A stretch of 64,000 nucleotides of DNA from an uncultured Prevotellaceae bacterium. GTDB taxonomy: Bacteria > Bacteroidota > Bacteroidia > Bacteroidales > Bacteroidaceae. The stretch is from contig CACYRB010000005.1 in NCBI GenBank assembly GCA_902776685.1, positions 997 through 64,996 of the forward strand. Reading direction: 5' to 3'. Positions within the stretch are counted from its first letter, which is position 1; every line of letters starts with the position of its first letter. The position numbers were made by a program, and so were the translations under genes. The notes under the pieces were generated by a model. That model was not told where the DNA came from. It saw nothing but the letters and a program-made list of their open reading frames with translations, and searched no databases. Below, piece after piece: positions 1-9,617 of the stretch.

Positions 1-909
1 ATCATCCCACCCACTGACCATCTTCTCGTTGACCAGTGCCAGTAAGTTGCGTTTCGACATGAGTGTATAGTTCAGGTTGAGCTTATTGAACTCGGTCTGC
101 CGCGGGCGGTTATCTTCGATATTGTCGGCTTCGCCTTTCCATTCTTTCATCCACGTGACAAAGAGATCGTAGAGAGGTCGGTGTTCTACAAATTCAAGTG
201 TACAAAGCGAGTGGGTCACCCCTTCGAGATAGTCGCACTGACCATGAGTGAAATCGTACATGGGATAGGCGTTCCATTTGTTGCCAGTCTTAACGTGCGG
301 GATGTTGAGCACGCGATAGATAAGTGGGTCGCGGAAAAGCATATTGGGATGAGCCATATCGATTTTGGCGCGTAGCACGAGGGTGCCGGGCTCACATTTT
401 CCGCTGTTCATGTATTCAAACAATTGTAGATTTTCCTCAATTGGTCGGTCGCGGTAGGGACTGTTGGTGCCTGGCGATGTGGTCGTTCCCTTTTGCTGTG
501 CAATGGCCTCTGCAGTCTGTTCGTCAACGTAGGCACGTCCTTGCTGGATGAGCCATACCGCAAAGTCCCACAACTCCTGGAAGTAGTCGCTGGCATAATA
601 GACGTTTGCCCATTCATAGCCCAGCCATTTAATGTCGTGCTCAATGCTTTCGATATATTCTGTGTCTTCCTTTTGTGGGTTTGTGTCGTCGAAACGGAGA
701 TTACAAACTCCGCCGTAGCGTTTGGCTATGCCGAAGTCGAGAGCAATGGCTTTGGCGTGACCAATATGCAGGTAGCCATTAGGTTCAGGCGGAAAACGCG
801 TTTGAATGCGTCCGCCGTTTTTTCCTTCGGATAAGTCTTTTTCAACCTGCTGTTCAACAAAGTTAAGACTACGCTTCTCTTCGTTTGGTGTCAGTTCTGT
901 TGTTGTCAT
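1..909 (-). CDS. glnS: Glutamine--tRNA ligase, 5' part (runs off the left edge of the window)
   Basis: Manual translation from ATG at 909 gives [20 protein letters not shown]...[20 protein letters not shown] (HIGH motif) and, at the edge, [20 protein letters not shown] (MSKR motif). Missing from the ORF track because it has no stop codon in the window. Confidence 0.95.
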   Translation of the reverse strand, partial: MTTTELTPNEEKRSLNFVEQQVEKDLSEGKNGGRIQTRFPPEPNGYLHIGHAKAIALDFGIAKRYGGVCNLRFDDTNPQKEDTEYIESIEHDIKWLGYEWANVYYASDYFQELWDFAVWLIQQGRAYVDEQTAEAIAQQKGTTTSPGTNSPYRDRPIEENLQLFEYMNSGKCEPGTLVLRAKIDMAHPNMLFRDPLIYRVLNIPHVKTGNKWNAYPMYDFTHGQCDYLEGVTHSLCTLEFVEHRPLYDLFVTWMKEWKGEADNIEDNRPRQTEFNKLNLNYTLMSKRNLLALVNEKMVSGWDD

Positions 910-946
910 AAATCTATTCTTTTGTTTCTTAATTCGTTGTGATGTT

Positions 947-1993
947 TTATTTAACGCCTCGTTTATTGAGAGCCTCGGTGTATTTCTTAGAATTGGCCTG
1001 ATGTTCCTGATAGGTTGCCGCGAAATTGTGTGTGCCCGAAAAATCCTCCTTTGCGCACATATAAAGATAGTTGTGGTGTGTGTGGTTGAGTACGGCGTCA
1101 ATGGCAGCTACCGTTGGAATACGTATCGGGCCTGGGGGTAACCCAGGGTTGATGTAAGTGTTGAAAGGACTGTTGGTCTTCAACATCCAGTCATAAATGC
1201 GTTTCAGTTGAAACTGTTTAAGGGCGAATTTCACAGTAGGACAGGCCTGAAGGGGCATACCGTTCGGATATTCTGTCGTGTGAAGATTGAGCCGATTGAG
1301 ATATAGTCCGGCGATAATAGGCTTCTCTTCTTCGTTGGTTGTTTCTTCGTCGATGATGCTTGCCAGTGTTGTAACCTGTACAGGAGTGAGTTTCATTTGG
1401 CGTGCCTTGCTCATTCGTATCTCATTCCAGAAATGCTTGTTTTCTTTCTGCATCCTATTGAGGAATGCGTCAATAGAGATGTTCCAATAGACATCGTATG
1501 TTTCGGGAATGAACAATGCTGCAATCGTAGTGGTGTCATAACCATACCTTGCGCAGGTCTGCTCGTCAGTCAGTGCTTTATAGATGGTTGCACTGTCGAG
1601 CATCAGTTTTTTCGAAATGGTTGTGGCCAGCTTGTCAAGTGTCCGTACTGAAGGAATGGTCAGATGCACTGGTGACTGATTACCGTTTTTCAGGTTTCGA
1701 AACAGCGTTAAAGTGCTTGTGCCTGGCTTTATGGCATATCGGCCGACAATGATGTTGTCGGCATAGGAAGAGTGGCGTACAAGTGTTGTGAAACCACTCA
1801 TGCTGTGGGTCCTTGCAATGGGCTTTAATTTCGTATAAATAGAGTCAATATTGTCGTCTTGGTCGACGTAAAGATATGAGATTGTGTTCTCTTTGGAAAA
1901 ACCTGAGAGAAAATATACGCATGTCAGTCCGATAAAAACGACCAGACATATTATAGCCGGTACTAAATATTTATTTTTTAGCCGTTTCTTCAT
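947..1993 (-). CDS. mltG: Endolytic transglycosylase MltG (YceG family)
   Basis: N-terminal TM anchor; [30 protein letters not shown] and [10 protein letters not shown] motifs. Confidence 0.92.
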   Translation of the reverse strand: MKKRLKNKYLVPAIICLVVFIGLTCVYFLSGFSKENTISYLYVDQDDNIDSIYTKLKPIARTHSMSGFTTLVRHSSYADNIIVGRYAIKPGTSTLTLFRNLKNGNQSPVHLTIPSVRTLDKLATTISKKLMLDSATIYKALTDEQTCARYGYDTTTIAALFIPETYDVYWNISIDAFLNRMQKENKHFWNEIRMSKARQMKLTPVQVTTLASIIDEETTNEEEKPIIAGLYLNRLNLHTTEYPNGMPLQACPTVKFALKQFQLKRIYDWMLKTNSPFNTYINPGLPPGPIRIPTVAAIDAVLNHTHHNYLYMCAKEDFSGTHNFAATYQEHQANSKKYTEALNKRGVK

Positions 1994-2102
1994 TTGTTTG
2001 TATTGTTCATATAAAATCGTGGCAAAATTACTAAAAAAAACTTACATTCTTGCTGCTGCGGTAAACTTTTATTATTTTTGCACACATTTTATAACAAATG
2101 TT

Positions 2103-2747
2103 ATGATGAATTTCGATACATACATTTTCGATTTGGATGGAACCTTGCTTGATACGCTTGACGATTTACAAGCGAGTTGTAATCATGCACTGGCTGCCTA
2201 TGGGCTTCCTGTTCGCACGAAAGAAGAAGTGCGACGGTTTGTTGGTAATGGTGTTAGACTACTGATGGAACGTGCTGTAGGAGATGAAGTTGGCGATGAA
2301 CTGTTCGAGAAAATATTCGATGCGTTCAAAGCTCATTATCTGGAGCATGGACTTGATAAGACCAGACCTTATTCCGGTATCATCGAGATGCTCTCAGGAC
2401 TAAAAGAAAATGGCAAGAAGATTGCCGTGGTTAGTAACAAGTTCCATACGGCGACAGTTGAACTCTGTCAACATTTCTTTGGCGAATTAGTTGATGTTGC
2501 CGTTGGGGAAAACGAAGCAGCAGGTCTCAAAAAGAAACCTGCTACAGATATTGTTGACGAAGCGTTCCGTCGGTTGGGAGTGGGGAAGAGCCATGCTGTC
2601 TATGTCGGCGATAGCGACGTTGACTTGCAGACAGCCCGCAACAGCCAGTTACCCTGCATCAGCGTATTATGGGGATTCCGCGACCGCGAATTCCTCATGG
2701 CTCATGGTGCAACCCTGTTTGCCGAGTCTCCGTCCGACCTGCTTTGA
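2103..2747 (+). CDS. HAD-family hydrolase (phosphoglycolate phosphatase-like)
   Basis: FDLDGTLLDT, VVSNK, KKP and YVGDSDVD HAD motifs. Start moved to ATG 2103, after a TAnnTTTG-like promoter. Confidence 0.88.
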   Translation: MMNFDTYIFDLDGTLLDTLDDLQASCNHALAAYGLPVRTKEEVRRFVGNGVRLLMERAVGDEVGDELFEKIFDAFKAHYLEHGLDKTRPYSGIIEMLSGLKENGKKIAVVSNKFHTATVELCQHFFGELVDVAVGENEAAGLKKKPATDIVDEAFRRLGVGKSHAVYVGDSDVDLQTARNSQLPCISVLWGFRDREFLMAHGATLFAESPSDLL

Positions 2748-2751
2748 CCTT

Positions 2752-3465
2752 TTAGCCCATTGTGTGATAGTTCATATACTGCTGAACTTCGTTTTTGTAG
2801 CTTTCCGAAATAGGTAGGCTGCGGTCGCCGATGACAAACTTCATGCGGTCAATCATTTTTACTTTACTCAAGCGAATGATGTAAGAGCGGTGAATCCGCA
2901 TAAATTCGTTCTTGGGAAGCATGCTTTCAAGCTTTTTCATATTCATCAGGCTCTGGATAGGCTTTTCTTCGTTCTCCAGATAGAACTTGACGTAGTCTTT
3001 TTCACCTTCGATGAAAAGGATGTCGTCGAATTTTATTTGAATCAGCTTGTACTCGCTCTTAACATAAATGAACCTGTCATTGTTGACGGCATTGTGGTGC
3101 ATGTCGTTTTTAATGATCTGTTCTGCTCTGGTGACGCTTGCAAGGAAGTTTTCATAGCTTATCGGCTTCAGCAGATAGTCTATGGCATTGACCTTGTAGC
3201 CGTCGATGGCATACTGGTTGAACGCTGTTGTAAAGATGATTTTAGTTTCCGGCGGAATAATCTTGGCAAATTCGGTGCCACTGAGTTCCGGCATCTGGAT
3301 GTCGAGGAAAACCAGATGCGGACGTTCTTCCTTAATGTGCCTGAGCGCATCGACGGCACTATTGTAAGTTCCGCCCAACTGAAGAAAACTTGTGTTTTTG
3401 ACGTAGCCTTCGAGCAAACTTGCTGCCAACGGTTCATCGTCAACTATCATACAGTTAAGTGTCAT
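2752..3465 (-). CDS. LytTR-family response regulator
   Basis: REC domain (IVDDE, FLDIQMP, TTAF, YLLKP) followed by LytTR domain (FMRIHRSYII). Confidence 0.93.
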   Translation of the reverse strand: MTLNCMIVDDEPLAASLLEGYVKNTSFLQLGGTYNSAVDALRHIKEERPHLVFLDIQMPELSGTEFAKIIPPETKIIFTTAFNQYAIDGYKVNAIDYLLKPISYENFLASVTRAEQIIKNDMHHNAVNNDRFIYVKSEYKLIQIKFDDILFIEGEKDYVKFYLENEEKPIQSLMNMKKLESMLPKNEFMRIHRSYIIRLSKVKMIDRMKFVIGDRSLPISESYKNEVQQYMNYHTMG

Positions 3466-4513
3466 AGATAATAATTTTTGTTATGAATTTTTTGTTATTG
3501 TCTGCAAGTGAGTATTCCGTTTTATATTTATCCGGATATGAGAGTTTGAGCATGTTCTCGGTTTGTTGTCTGCCGATTCCATGTCCGCTTTTGTCGTCTT
3601 TGTTTTTGGGGAAGTAGCTGTTTTCTGTCATGCAGCAGATCTGTTTGTCGTCAGCCGCGATGGAAATGTGGATATAGCTGTCTTCCGTGGGACTTACACC
3701 ATGCTTGAAAGCATTTTCTATGGTCGAGATGAATATGAGCGGTACAACCTGTCGTCTTTCCGCATTGTTGATGTTAATGCTTTGTGTCACTTCGACGTTT
3801 CTGCTCAGGCGGAGCGACATCAGGTCGATATAGCTTTTTATAAAGTTGACTTCCTGCTGAAGGTCAATGGTGGGTTGCTTCGAGTCGTAGAGCATATAGC
3901 GTAGCAGATTGCTCAACTTGAAGATGGCATCTTGTGCTTTGGGTGTGTCTGAGGTGGTGAGCGAATAGATGTTGTTGAGTGTGTTCAGCAGGAAATGCGG
4001 GTGCATTTCATACCTGATGAACTGTTTTTCCATGTCAGCCTTTTCCTGCTCGGCCTGTTGCTTTCTGTCTTTTATCTTTACCCATCCCACGGAGAGCGCG
4101 ATGGCGGTTGCTATCGCAGCAGAGAGTACCATGTAGAAGATGTCGCTCAGGAAATAAAATATCTGTTGCGAGTTGCTGTCGGGGAAGGAGAATATTTTTC
4201 CCGACATTTCATATAGTGTGCAATCGGCGAGGGCCAGGCTTTCATAGGTGTGAATGCCGATAGCAAGGGCAAAGATGATGGCGCTGTTGAGTCCCAGATA
4301 GGTCAGTACGTACTTCTTCATCAACTTATAGGGTGTGAGCCATAAGAGATTTGTGAGGAATACGATAAAGAGCGCCAACGGGGTCAGTATGCTTGCAATA
4401 AACCCTTTGGCTGTCAGTGTTTGATGATAGCCGACAAATACGGCAGGGAAGATGAAGATTCCCAACCATACCACAACGAGTATGCCTATTCCGTATTTAG
4501 TTTTCTTGTCCAT
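3455..4513 (-). CDS. LytS/YehU-type membrane sensor histidine kinase
   Basis: Several N-terminal TM segments; HPHFLLNTLNNIY H-box, IENAFKHG N-box, GHGIG G-box; overlaps the cognate regulator. Confidence 0.9.
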   Translation of the reverse strand: MDKKTKYGIGILVVVWLGIFIFPAVFVGYHQTLTAKGFIASILTPLALFIVFLTNLLWLTPYKLMKKYVLTYLGLNSAIIFALAIGIHTYESLALADCTLYEMSGKIFSFPDSNSQQIFYFLSDIFYMVLSAAIATAIALSVGWVKIKDRKQQAEQEKADMEKQFIRYEMHPHFLLNTLNNIYSLTTSDTPKAQDAIFKLSNLLRYMLYDSKQPTIDLQQEVNFIKSYIDLMSLRLSRNVEVTQSININNAERRQVVPLIFISTIENAFKHGVSPTEDSYIHISIAADDKQICCMTENSYFPKNKDDKSGHGIGRQQTENMLKLSYPDKYKTEYSLADNNKKFITKIIIYDT

Positions 4514-4556
4514 CGTTCTTGTTGAATAATCTTAACTATCTCGCCATGCTGCTTGC

Positions 4557-5183
4557 TCACCTCTCATTCCTAAATTCTGATGAGAGCTCGTTCAGTCGGG
4601 CAATGTATTTACCTAATATGTCAAATTCGATGTTCACGACCGAGCCGAGTCGAATATCCTGGAAATTGGTGTGCTCCATGGTGTAGGGTATGATAGCCAC
4701 ACGGAAAGAGTTGCTCGTCGGCTCGCATACCGTCAGTGAGACACCGTTCACCGTCACCGACCCTTTGTCGACCGTGAAATAGCCTCTGGTCGCCATTGTC
4801 TTGTCGGCGTCGTATTCAAAAGTGAAATAAGTACTTCCGTCGGCATCCTCAATGTCGACACAGCGGGCAGTCTGGTCAACATGTCCCTGCACGATATGTC
4901 CGTCAAGTCGGCCGTTCATCAGCATGGAGCGCTCCACGTTGACGTGGTCGCCCACTTTGAGTAATCCAAGATTCGAGCGTTCCAGTGTCTCGCGCATGGC
5001 TGTCACGACGTAGGTACCGTCTGAGCCGAGAGACACAACCGTCAGGCACACCCCGTTGTGGGCAATGCTCTGGTCAATGTCCAACTCGCTGGTAAACGTA
5101 CAGCTGAGCGTAAGGTTTATGTTGTCTCTGTCTTTCTCAACAGCTACCACGCTTGCCATTTCTTCTACTATTCCACTAAACAT
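4557..5183 (-). CDS. ribE: Riboflavin synthase (alpha chain)
   Basis: Starts MFSGIVEE; SIAHNGVCLTV, GHIVQGHVD and KGSVTVNGVSLTV motifs. Confidence 0.95.
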   Translation of the reverse strand: MFSGIVEEMASVVAVEKDRDNINLTLSCTFTSELDIDQSIAHNGVCLTVVSLGSDGTYVVTAMRETLERSNLGLLKVGDHVNVERSMLMNGRLDGHIVQGHVDQTARCVDIEDADGSTYFTFEYDADKTMATRGYFTVDKGSVTVNGVSLTVCEPTSNSFRVAIIPYTMEHTNFQDIRLGSVVNIEFDILGKYIARLNELSSEFRNER

Positions 5184-5233
5184 AAGCTATTATGTGGCAA
5201 TTAATGATATAATAGTTGACGTTAACGTTCTTC

Positions 5234-5428
5234 AAAAAGGGGTTGCCCGATGATGTGATGAAACTCCTACATGTACATGCTTTGAGGGCTCTTTGCCTTT
5301 GTAATCCACCGGTCTTGCGACTTAGTTCTGGCAGTTGCAGATTTTATGTGGCCCGCCATTGACAAACGAAGCTATCTCGGTTTCATTATTTTTTTGATGA
5401 GTATCCCGATCGAATCGGCACAACCCCG
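5234..5428 (-). ncRNA. Candidate ~190-nt rod-like ncRNA (6S RNA / Bacteroidales-1-like)
   Basis: Ends pair (5239-5251 with 5414-5427); inner stem 5256-5264 with 5380-5388; U-tract after the closing stem; minus-strand TAACTTTG promoter at 5441-5448. Family identity is inferred from size and shape only. Confidence 0.5.
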
Positions 5429-5587
5429 TATAATTTTCTGCAAAGTTAATTAAAAAAAGCGAAGAAAGCAGGAAAGTTAACAAATAATTAACAATTTATA
5501 ATAAATCTCAAAATAATTGACGTTAGATAATTAATAATGAGTAATAAGTAATAAGTAATGCTTAATGGCGATAATGCACCAGCTATA

Positions 5588-6226
5588 CTATACATTATTT
5601 ATAATACATTGTTTGTAGAGCTTGTCAAAGGCGGCTCTCAGTGCACCGGGAGTCTCTACGATGTTGCGTATCTGGGCCAGATATTGCTCGTTTTTCGAGC
5701 CTGGCACCCACAGGTGGATGTAGCCTTGACGCGCGTATTTGTTTTCAATATGCTCACGGAATCGTTTCCACTGTTCTTCGACGCTCATTTCCGGGTAGTG
5801 GTCAAGGCCGTACTGAATGGTTCGCATGAAGACCATTGTCGGTTCCAACTGTCGGTCGGCCTCGGCCACGATACGCCCGTAGATCGATCGCGGCGCATGG
5901 CTCGACGAGGCACGGTGGTCCTCAACAGCTTCGCGCATCACCTTAATCTGTTCCGCGTTGAACCAACGTTTCAGTCGCGCGTCGGTCTGCAGGATGCGTC
6001 CGCTCGTCATGTGGTGGATGGCACGCGGTCCCTCAAGTCCCAAAGCGTGATAGGCGGCAATGGTATAGACCATGTTAATGTCGGCGCCCGTGTTTCGTGC
6101 CAGTTCAAGCGAACTGGCAATCACGGCGTTCACATGGCCGAGTCCGTGGGCACGGTCGAAAGCGGTGTAGCGTGGCAGTATCTGCTGCTCCACAAACTCC
6201 ATAAGGTCGAGACTGGGATGCTCCAT
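5588..6226 (-). CDS. HD-domain phosphohydrolase-like protein
   Basis: AHGLGHV...AAYHALG...EDHRAS...AEADR pattern; HD reads HA. Start set at MEHPS (6226) because the upstream extension is a translated heptamer repeat. Confidence 0.8.
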   Translation of the reverse strand: MEHPSLDLMEFVEQQILPRYTAFDRAHGLGHVNAVIASSLELARNTGADINMVYTIAAYHALGLEGPRAIHHMTSGRILQTDARLKRWFNAEQIKVMREAVEDHRASSSHAPRSIYGRIVAEADRQLEPTMVFMRTIQYGLDHYPEMSVEEQWKRFREHIENKYARQGYIHLWVPGSKNEQYLAQIRNIVETPGALRAAFDKLYKQCIINNV

Positions 6227-6244
6227 TTGATGCGGACGTAGTCC

Positions 6245-6290
6245 TAATGAATAATGAGTAATGAGTAATGAGTAATGAGTAGTGAGTAAT
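6245..6290. repeat. Heptamer tandem repeat (TAATGAG)n
   Basis: About 6.5 copies; related tracts at ~5535-5560 and 44663-44688. Confidence 0.9.
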
Positions 6291-6381
6291 TGCGCCGATG
6301 CGCCAGTCAACTCTACACTCTACACTAAAAACTAATAAAACTGTTGCAAAGATAAGATTTTTTTCTTAATTTTGCAAGCCT

Positions 6382-7332
6382 ATGGAAGAAAAATTCATTA
6401 AAGGAAACGATAACGGGAACGATAAAATTGTAAATAGTAAATCGTCTAATCGTAAATTAGCTTGGCTGTTGGCCTCACGGCCCAAGACGCTTTCGGGAGC
6501 GGCCGTGCCCGTCGTGATGGCACTTGCAATGGCCTGGGCCGATAGCGGCCGGCTGCACGTTGTGCCTGCCTTGTTGTGCTTGATGTTTGCCTTTGTCATG
6601 CAGATAGATGCAAACTTCGTGAACGACTATTTCGATTTTCTTAAGGGTACCGACCGCGCCGACCGACTCGGCCCTCAGCGTGCCTGTGCGCAAGGCTGGA
6701 TCGCGCCCTCGGCCATGCGACGAGGCATAGCTCTCACCACCGTCTGCGCCTGTCTCGTCGGTCTTCCGCTCATTTATTATGGAGGCTGGTGGCTGATTGC
6801 CGTGGGCGCGGCCTGCGTCGTGTTTTGCTTCCTCTATACCACCCACCTTTCCTATCGTGGACTGGGCGATGTACTCGTGCTGTTGTTCTTCGGACTCGTC
6901 CCGCTTTGTCTCACCTATTATTTGCAGACGGGCACGCTGACGCGCAACGTTGTTTATGTGTCGCTGGCCTGTGGTATGGTCATCGACACGCTGCTCGTGG
7001 TCAATAACCACCGCGATCGTGAGGGCGACCGTCGTGCGGGAAAGCTCACACTTGCAGTCCTCATGGGGCCTCGACCTACCGAGTTGTTCTATTTCGCCCT
7101 TGGCCTGATGGCCTGCCACATGGGGTTGCCCTATTTCTTCACCCATCAGTGGTTCACGTTCTTCCTGCCCTTTGTCTATCTCGCCATTCATGCCCGCACT
7201 TACCGCAGCATGAAACGCATAGGCAGCGGCCGACAGCTCAACGCCATCCTCGGACAGACCGCCCGCAACATTGCCCTATATGGTCTTTTCTTTTCCATTG
7301 GCCGCCTGCTCGATGCATGGGTCCTCCTGTAG
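6382..7332 (+). CDS. menA: 1,4-dihydroxy-2-naphthoate octaprenyltransferase
   Basis: ASRPKTL, NFVNDYFDFLKGTD and NNHRDREGDRRAGKLTL UbiA/MenA motifs; multiple TM helices. Confidence 0.93.
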   Translation: MEEKFIKGNDNGNDKIVNSKSSNRKLAWLLASRPKTLSGAAVPVVMALAMAWADSGRLHVVPALLCLMFAFVMQIDANFVNDYFDFLKGTDRADRLGPQRACAQGWIAPSAMRRGIALTTVCACLVGLPLIYYGGWWLIAVGAACVVFCFLYTTHLSYRGLGDVLVLLFFGLVPLCLTYYLQTGTLTRNVVYVSLACGMVIDTLLVVNNHRDREGDRRAGKLTLAVLMGPRPTELFYFALGLMACHMGLPYFFTHQWFTFFLPFVYLAIHARTYRSMKRIGSGRQLNAILGQTARNIALYGLFFSIGRLLDAWVLL

Positions 7333-7742
7333 AAATGTTAAATACTTCCCTTTTGAGCCGGAAAAATTAACACGCCTATTGGCTCGAAAAGCAGCCGGTG
7401 GACAATATGTCCACACCCGACGAGATAACGCCATACAGAGTCCTATCCATATCCGCCTGTATCTCAGCCGGTTACAAAACTTTTCACTTATCACTTTTCA
7501 CTTATCACTACTGAAACATATATGTTTTACCCTCTAAAAGACCGTCTTTCGGGTGGTAAAAGACCGTCTTTGAGCATGCAAAAGACCGTCTTTTGCAACC
7601 TCAAACATATATGTTTCAGGGATGAGGGATGAAAGATGAAGGATGAAAAGTGATAAGTGATGAGTGAAAAGTGACTAATTTGAAAGTGTTAAATCGAATA
7701 ATCCGCTTTAACATTTCCCAATCTCAAACATATATCTTTCAC
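7333..7742 (+). repeat. Dispersed ~400-bp palindromic element, copy A
   Basis: GTTAA..TTAAC box (7337-7371), heptamer tracts, five palindromes at ~22-bp period (7514-7616), second GTTAA..TTAAC box (7688-7712); same architecture as copies B and C. Confidence 0.8.
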
Positions 7743-7835
7743 CTCGCCCATTAAGATTTATTAAGGAATGAAAAGATGATTACTCGTTTATTTTCCGTAA
7801 TTTTGTCACCATAATTATAACCCGAATCAAGCAAT

Positions 7836-8148
7836 ATGAAGACAGATAAACAGATGGCTGTTGCTGCGGCCGAGTTTGCAAAGCGTTGGAAAGGCAGAGG
7901 ATACGAGAAAGGCGACAGTCAGATATTTTGGACCGAGTTGTTGACAGAGGTTATGGCGTAGAGAGAACCCTAGCACTTTTATCCGTTACGAGGAGCAGGT
8001 GAAGGTCGACAAGACCAACTTCATCGACGGCCACATTCCCTCAACCAAAGTGCTGATAGAGCAGAAGTCGATAGGCAAAGACCTGCGCTAGCCCATCACA
8101 CAAAGCGACGGCTCACGCCTCAATCCCTTCCAGCAAGCAAAGCCTTGA
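7836..8148 (+). pseudogene. 5' remnant of an MmeI-like (type IIL/IIG) restriction-modification gene
   Basis: Manual translation across frameshifts: MKTDKQMAVAAAEFAKRWKGRGYEKGDSQIFWTELLTEV/YGVE/NPSTFIRYEEQVKVDKTNFIDGHIPSTKVLIEQKSIGKDLR*PITQSDGSRLNPFQQAK. Has a PD-(D/E)xK-like ID..IEQK motif, frameshifts near 7950-7965 and an in-frame TAG. Confidence 0.75.
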
Positions 8149-8172
8149 TGCCTTGCTTGCCGAAATGAGAAT

Positions 8173-9114
8173 TTAACTAATTTCGTTAATTAAATTTGTG
8201 GCTTCTGCAAGACTACATCCAGCATAATCCATATAAAGTTTCACAGCAAGAATTTTCTGTCCGTTTGCAACAGCGTCTCTAACATTTTGTGGAATTTCAT
8301 CCTCATAAACACTTTCTGTTTCATTAGGCTCTGTATCCTTTACATCATTCTGTATCCCATTTCTTAGAAGAACTTGTTTCTGAGTATTGAATTCCTCATC
8401 AGTTAAGATGCCCTTGGCTTTCAAATCGGCAAGTTTGCCAAGTTCGTCAGCTACGCTTCCTGTTACAGCCTTCTGCTTTGCAATGTCAGGAGCATTTTTC
8501 TGCTCTTTATCCGTTGCATCTATAATTACACTGATTGTGTCTGCTATTTTTTGTGCATCATTTAGTCCTTGTTTGTAGATGCCCCCCTGTAGGCTGTCTG
8601 GCCTTATGGGTTTGCCTTCGATGGTCATTGTTTTGCAATTGAAACAATCTATTGTGAAGGATGGATGGTTGATATTACGGAGTTTTACTTTTACTTGGAC
8701 TTTCGATACTTTTTTGTTCTGTTTTGTTTCTCCTGAAAGTCCTCCGACAATCATACCAGCCCCACCTGCTACAACATTTCCTACTACAGCGCCCCCAATG
8801 GTACGAAGTGATGATTTTTGGTGTAGAATTGTATTATCTTCAAGTATTTCGACACTAATAATTTGCTCAAAAGGGATTACTTCTTTAAAATGTTTCTTGA
8901 TGAAAGCTACTTTCTTCCTATTTTGATCAATAGCGAAGATGTAACTATTTTCTACACCATTAATTTTCTTTGTTGCATTGAAGTTTTCAAGTTTTGCAAA
9001 TGTTTCTGAGTTCTGCTCGCCTTGCTTCTGCACTGCCTCAGAATGTGAGTTTGATTGTACGATGCCTGCAATCAATCCTATGACAGCAGCAGTAATGATA
9101 ATAGTCCAAAACAT
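8173..9114 (-). CDS. AT-rich membrane-anchored protein with SHOCT domain and C-terminal L7/L12-like helical motif
   Basis: N-terminal TM; glycine-zipper segment GGAVVGNVVAGGAGMIVGG; SHOCT motif ADELGKLADLKAKGILTDEEFNTQKQVLL; tail GQKILAVKLYMDYAGCSLAEA. Confidence 0.75.
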   Translation of the reverse strand: MFWTIIITAAVIGLIAGIVQSNSHSEAVQKQGEQNSETFAKLENFNATKKINGVENSYIFAIDQNRKKVAFIKKHFKEVIPFEQIISVEILEDNTILHQKSSLRTIGGAVVGNVVAGGAGMIVGGLSGETKQNKKVSKVQVKVKLRNINHPSFTIDCFNCKTMTIEGKPIRPDSLQGGIYKQGLNDAQKIADTISVIIDATDKEQKNAPDIAKQKAVTGSVADELGKLADLKAKGILTDEEFNTQKQVLLRNGIQNDVKDTEPNETESVYEDEIPQNVRDAVANGQKILAVKLYMDYAGCSLAEATNLINEIS

Positions 9115-9172
9115 AATCTTAAGTATTAAAGCGTTATTACATTTGTATCTAATTTCCGCAAATGCAAAAGGC

Positions 9173-9320
9173 GCAGACATTCGCCATACGCTTCACGGTT
9201 CACCACAAACCACCTTCAAATATGGGAAGTCTGCACCCATTATGGGGCAGTCCCAATCTTGAAGGTTTGCTCGTTGCATTCGTGGTGGTGATTGTGAAGC
9301 TATTGAGCAATATGTCTTGC
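9173..9320 (-). promoter_or_regulatory. Long imperfect hairpin in the 5' leader of the SHOCT gene (candidate structured RNA)
   Basis: Six nested stems (9173-80/9312-20, 9190-96/9294-300, 9200-06/9285-91, 9212-19/9259-66, 9223-27/9251-55, 9231-40/9242-50); minus-strand TAATTTTG at 9343-9350. Confidence 0.55.
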
Positions 9321-9559
9321 AATCTATTGCAGAATGCATTTGCAAAATTACACAATTTATTCGAATTGGTAGCAGGAAAAAACAAAAAATTTGAAATGTC
9401 GGGAGAAAAATAGGGGAAAACGATACTATGCAAGGGAATAATCGCTATATTTGTATTAGTTTTTGTGATAGTACAAAGTAGCATTTAGTTGTTGAAACAG
9501 CACTGGTTTGAGTGCGAATAATATATAATATGGCACTGATTTAAGTGCAATTCGCGACG

Positions 9560-9597
9560 AAAAAAGAGGTGAAACCACCAATGGTCTCACCTCCTTT
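9560..9597 (-). terminator. Intrinsic terminator after nifJ
   Basis: GAGGTGAaACCA / TGGTcTCACCTC stem with a T-tract on the minus strand. Confidence 0.75.
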
Positions 9598-9617
9598 GCT
9601 ATAGATAGGATAGGGGA

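Noticed and set aside
5234-5428. FMN riboswitch upstream of riboflavin synthase
   Set aside because: Lacks the conserved FMN aptamer segments (AGGGC.GGGUGAAAUUCCC, AGUCCGGAUGGGAG); only a short ACCGGUGG resemblance
6227-6310. N-terminal extensions in the ORF track (HD protein; also HAD, rhaB, serC, ATP-grasp, MORN, DUF1015, SHOCT)
   Set aside because: They run through promoter elements or heptamer repeats; downstream ATGs match the expected family starts
7511-7619. 22-bp palindrome arrays as CRISPR arrays (also ~30478, ~56952, 15766, 46795)
   Set aside because: Spacers are only ~6-9 bp, repeats are degenerate, and no cas genes are in the window
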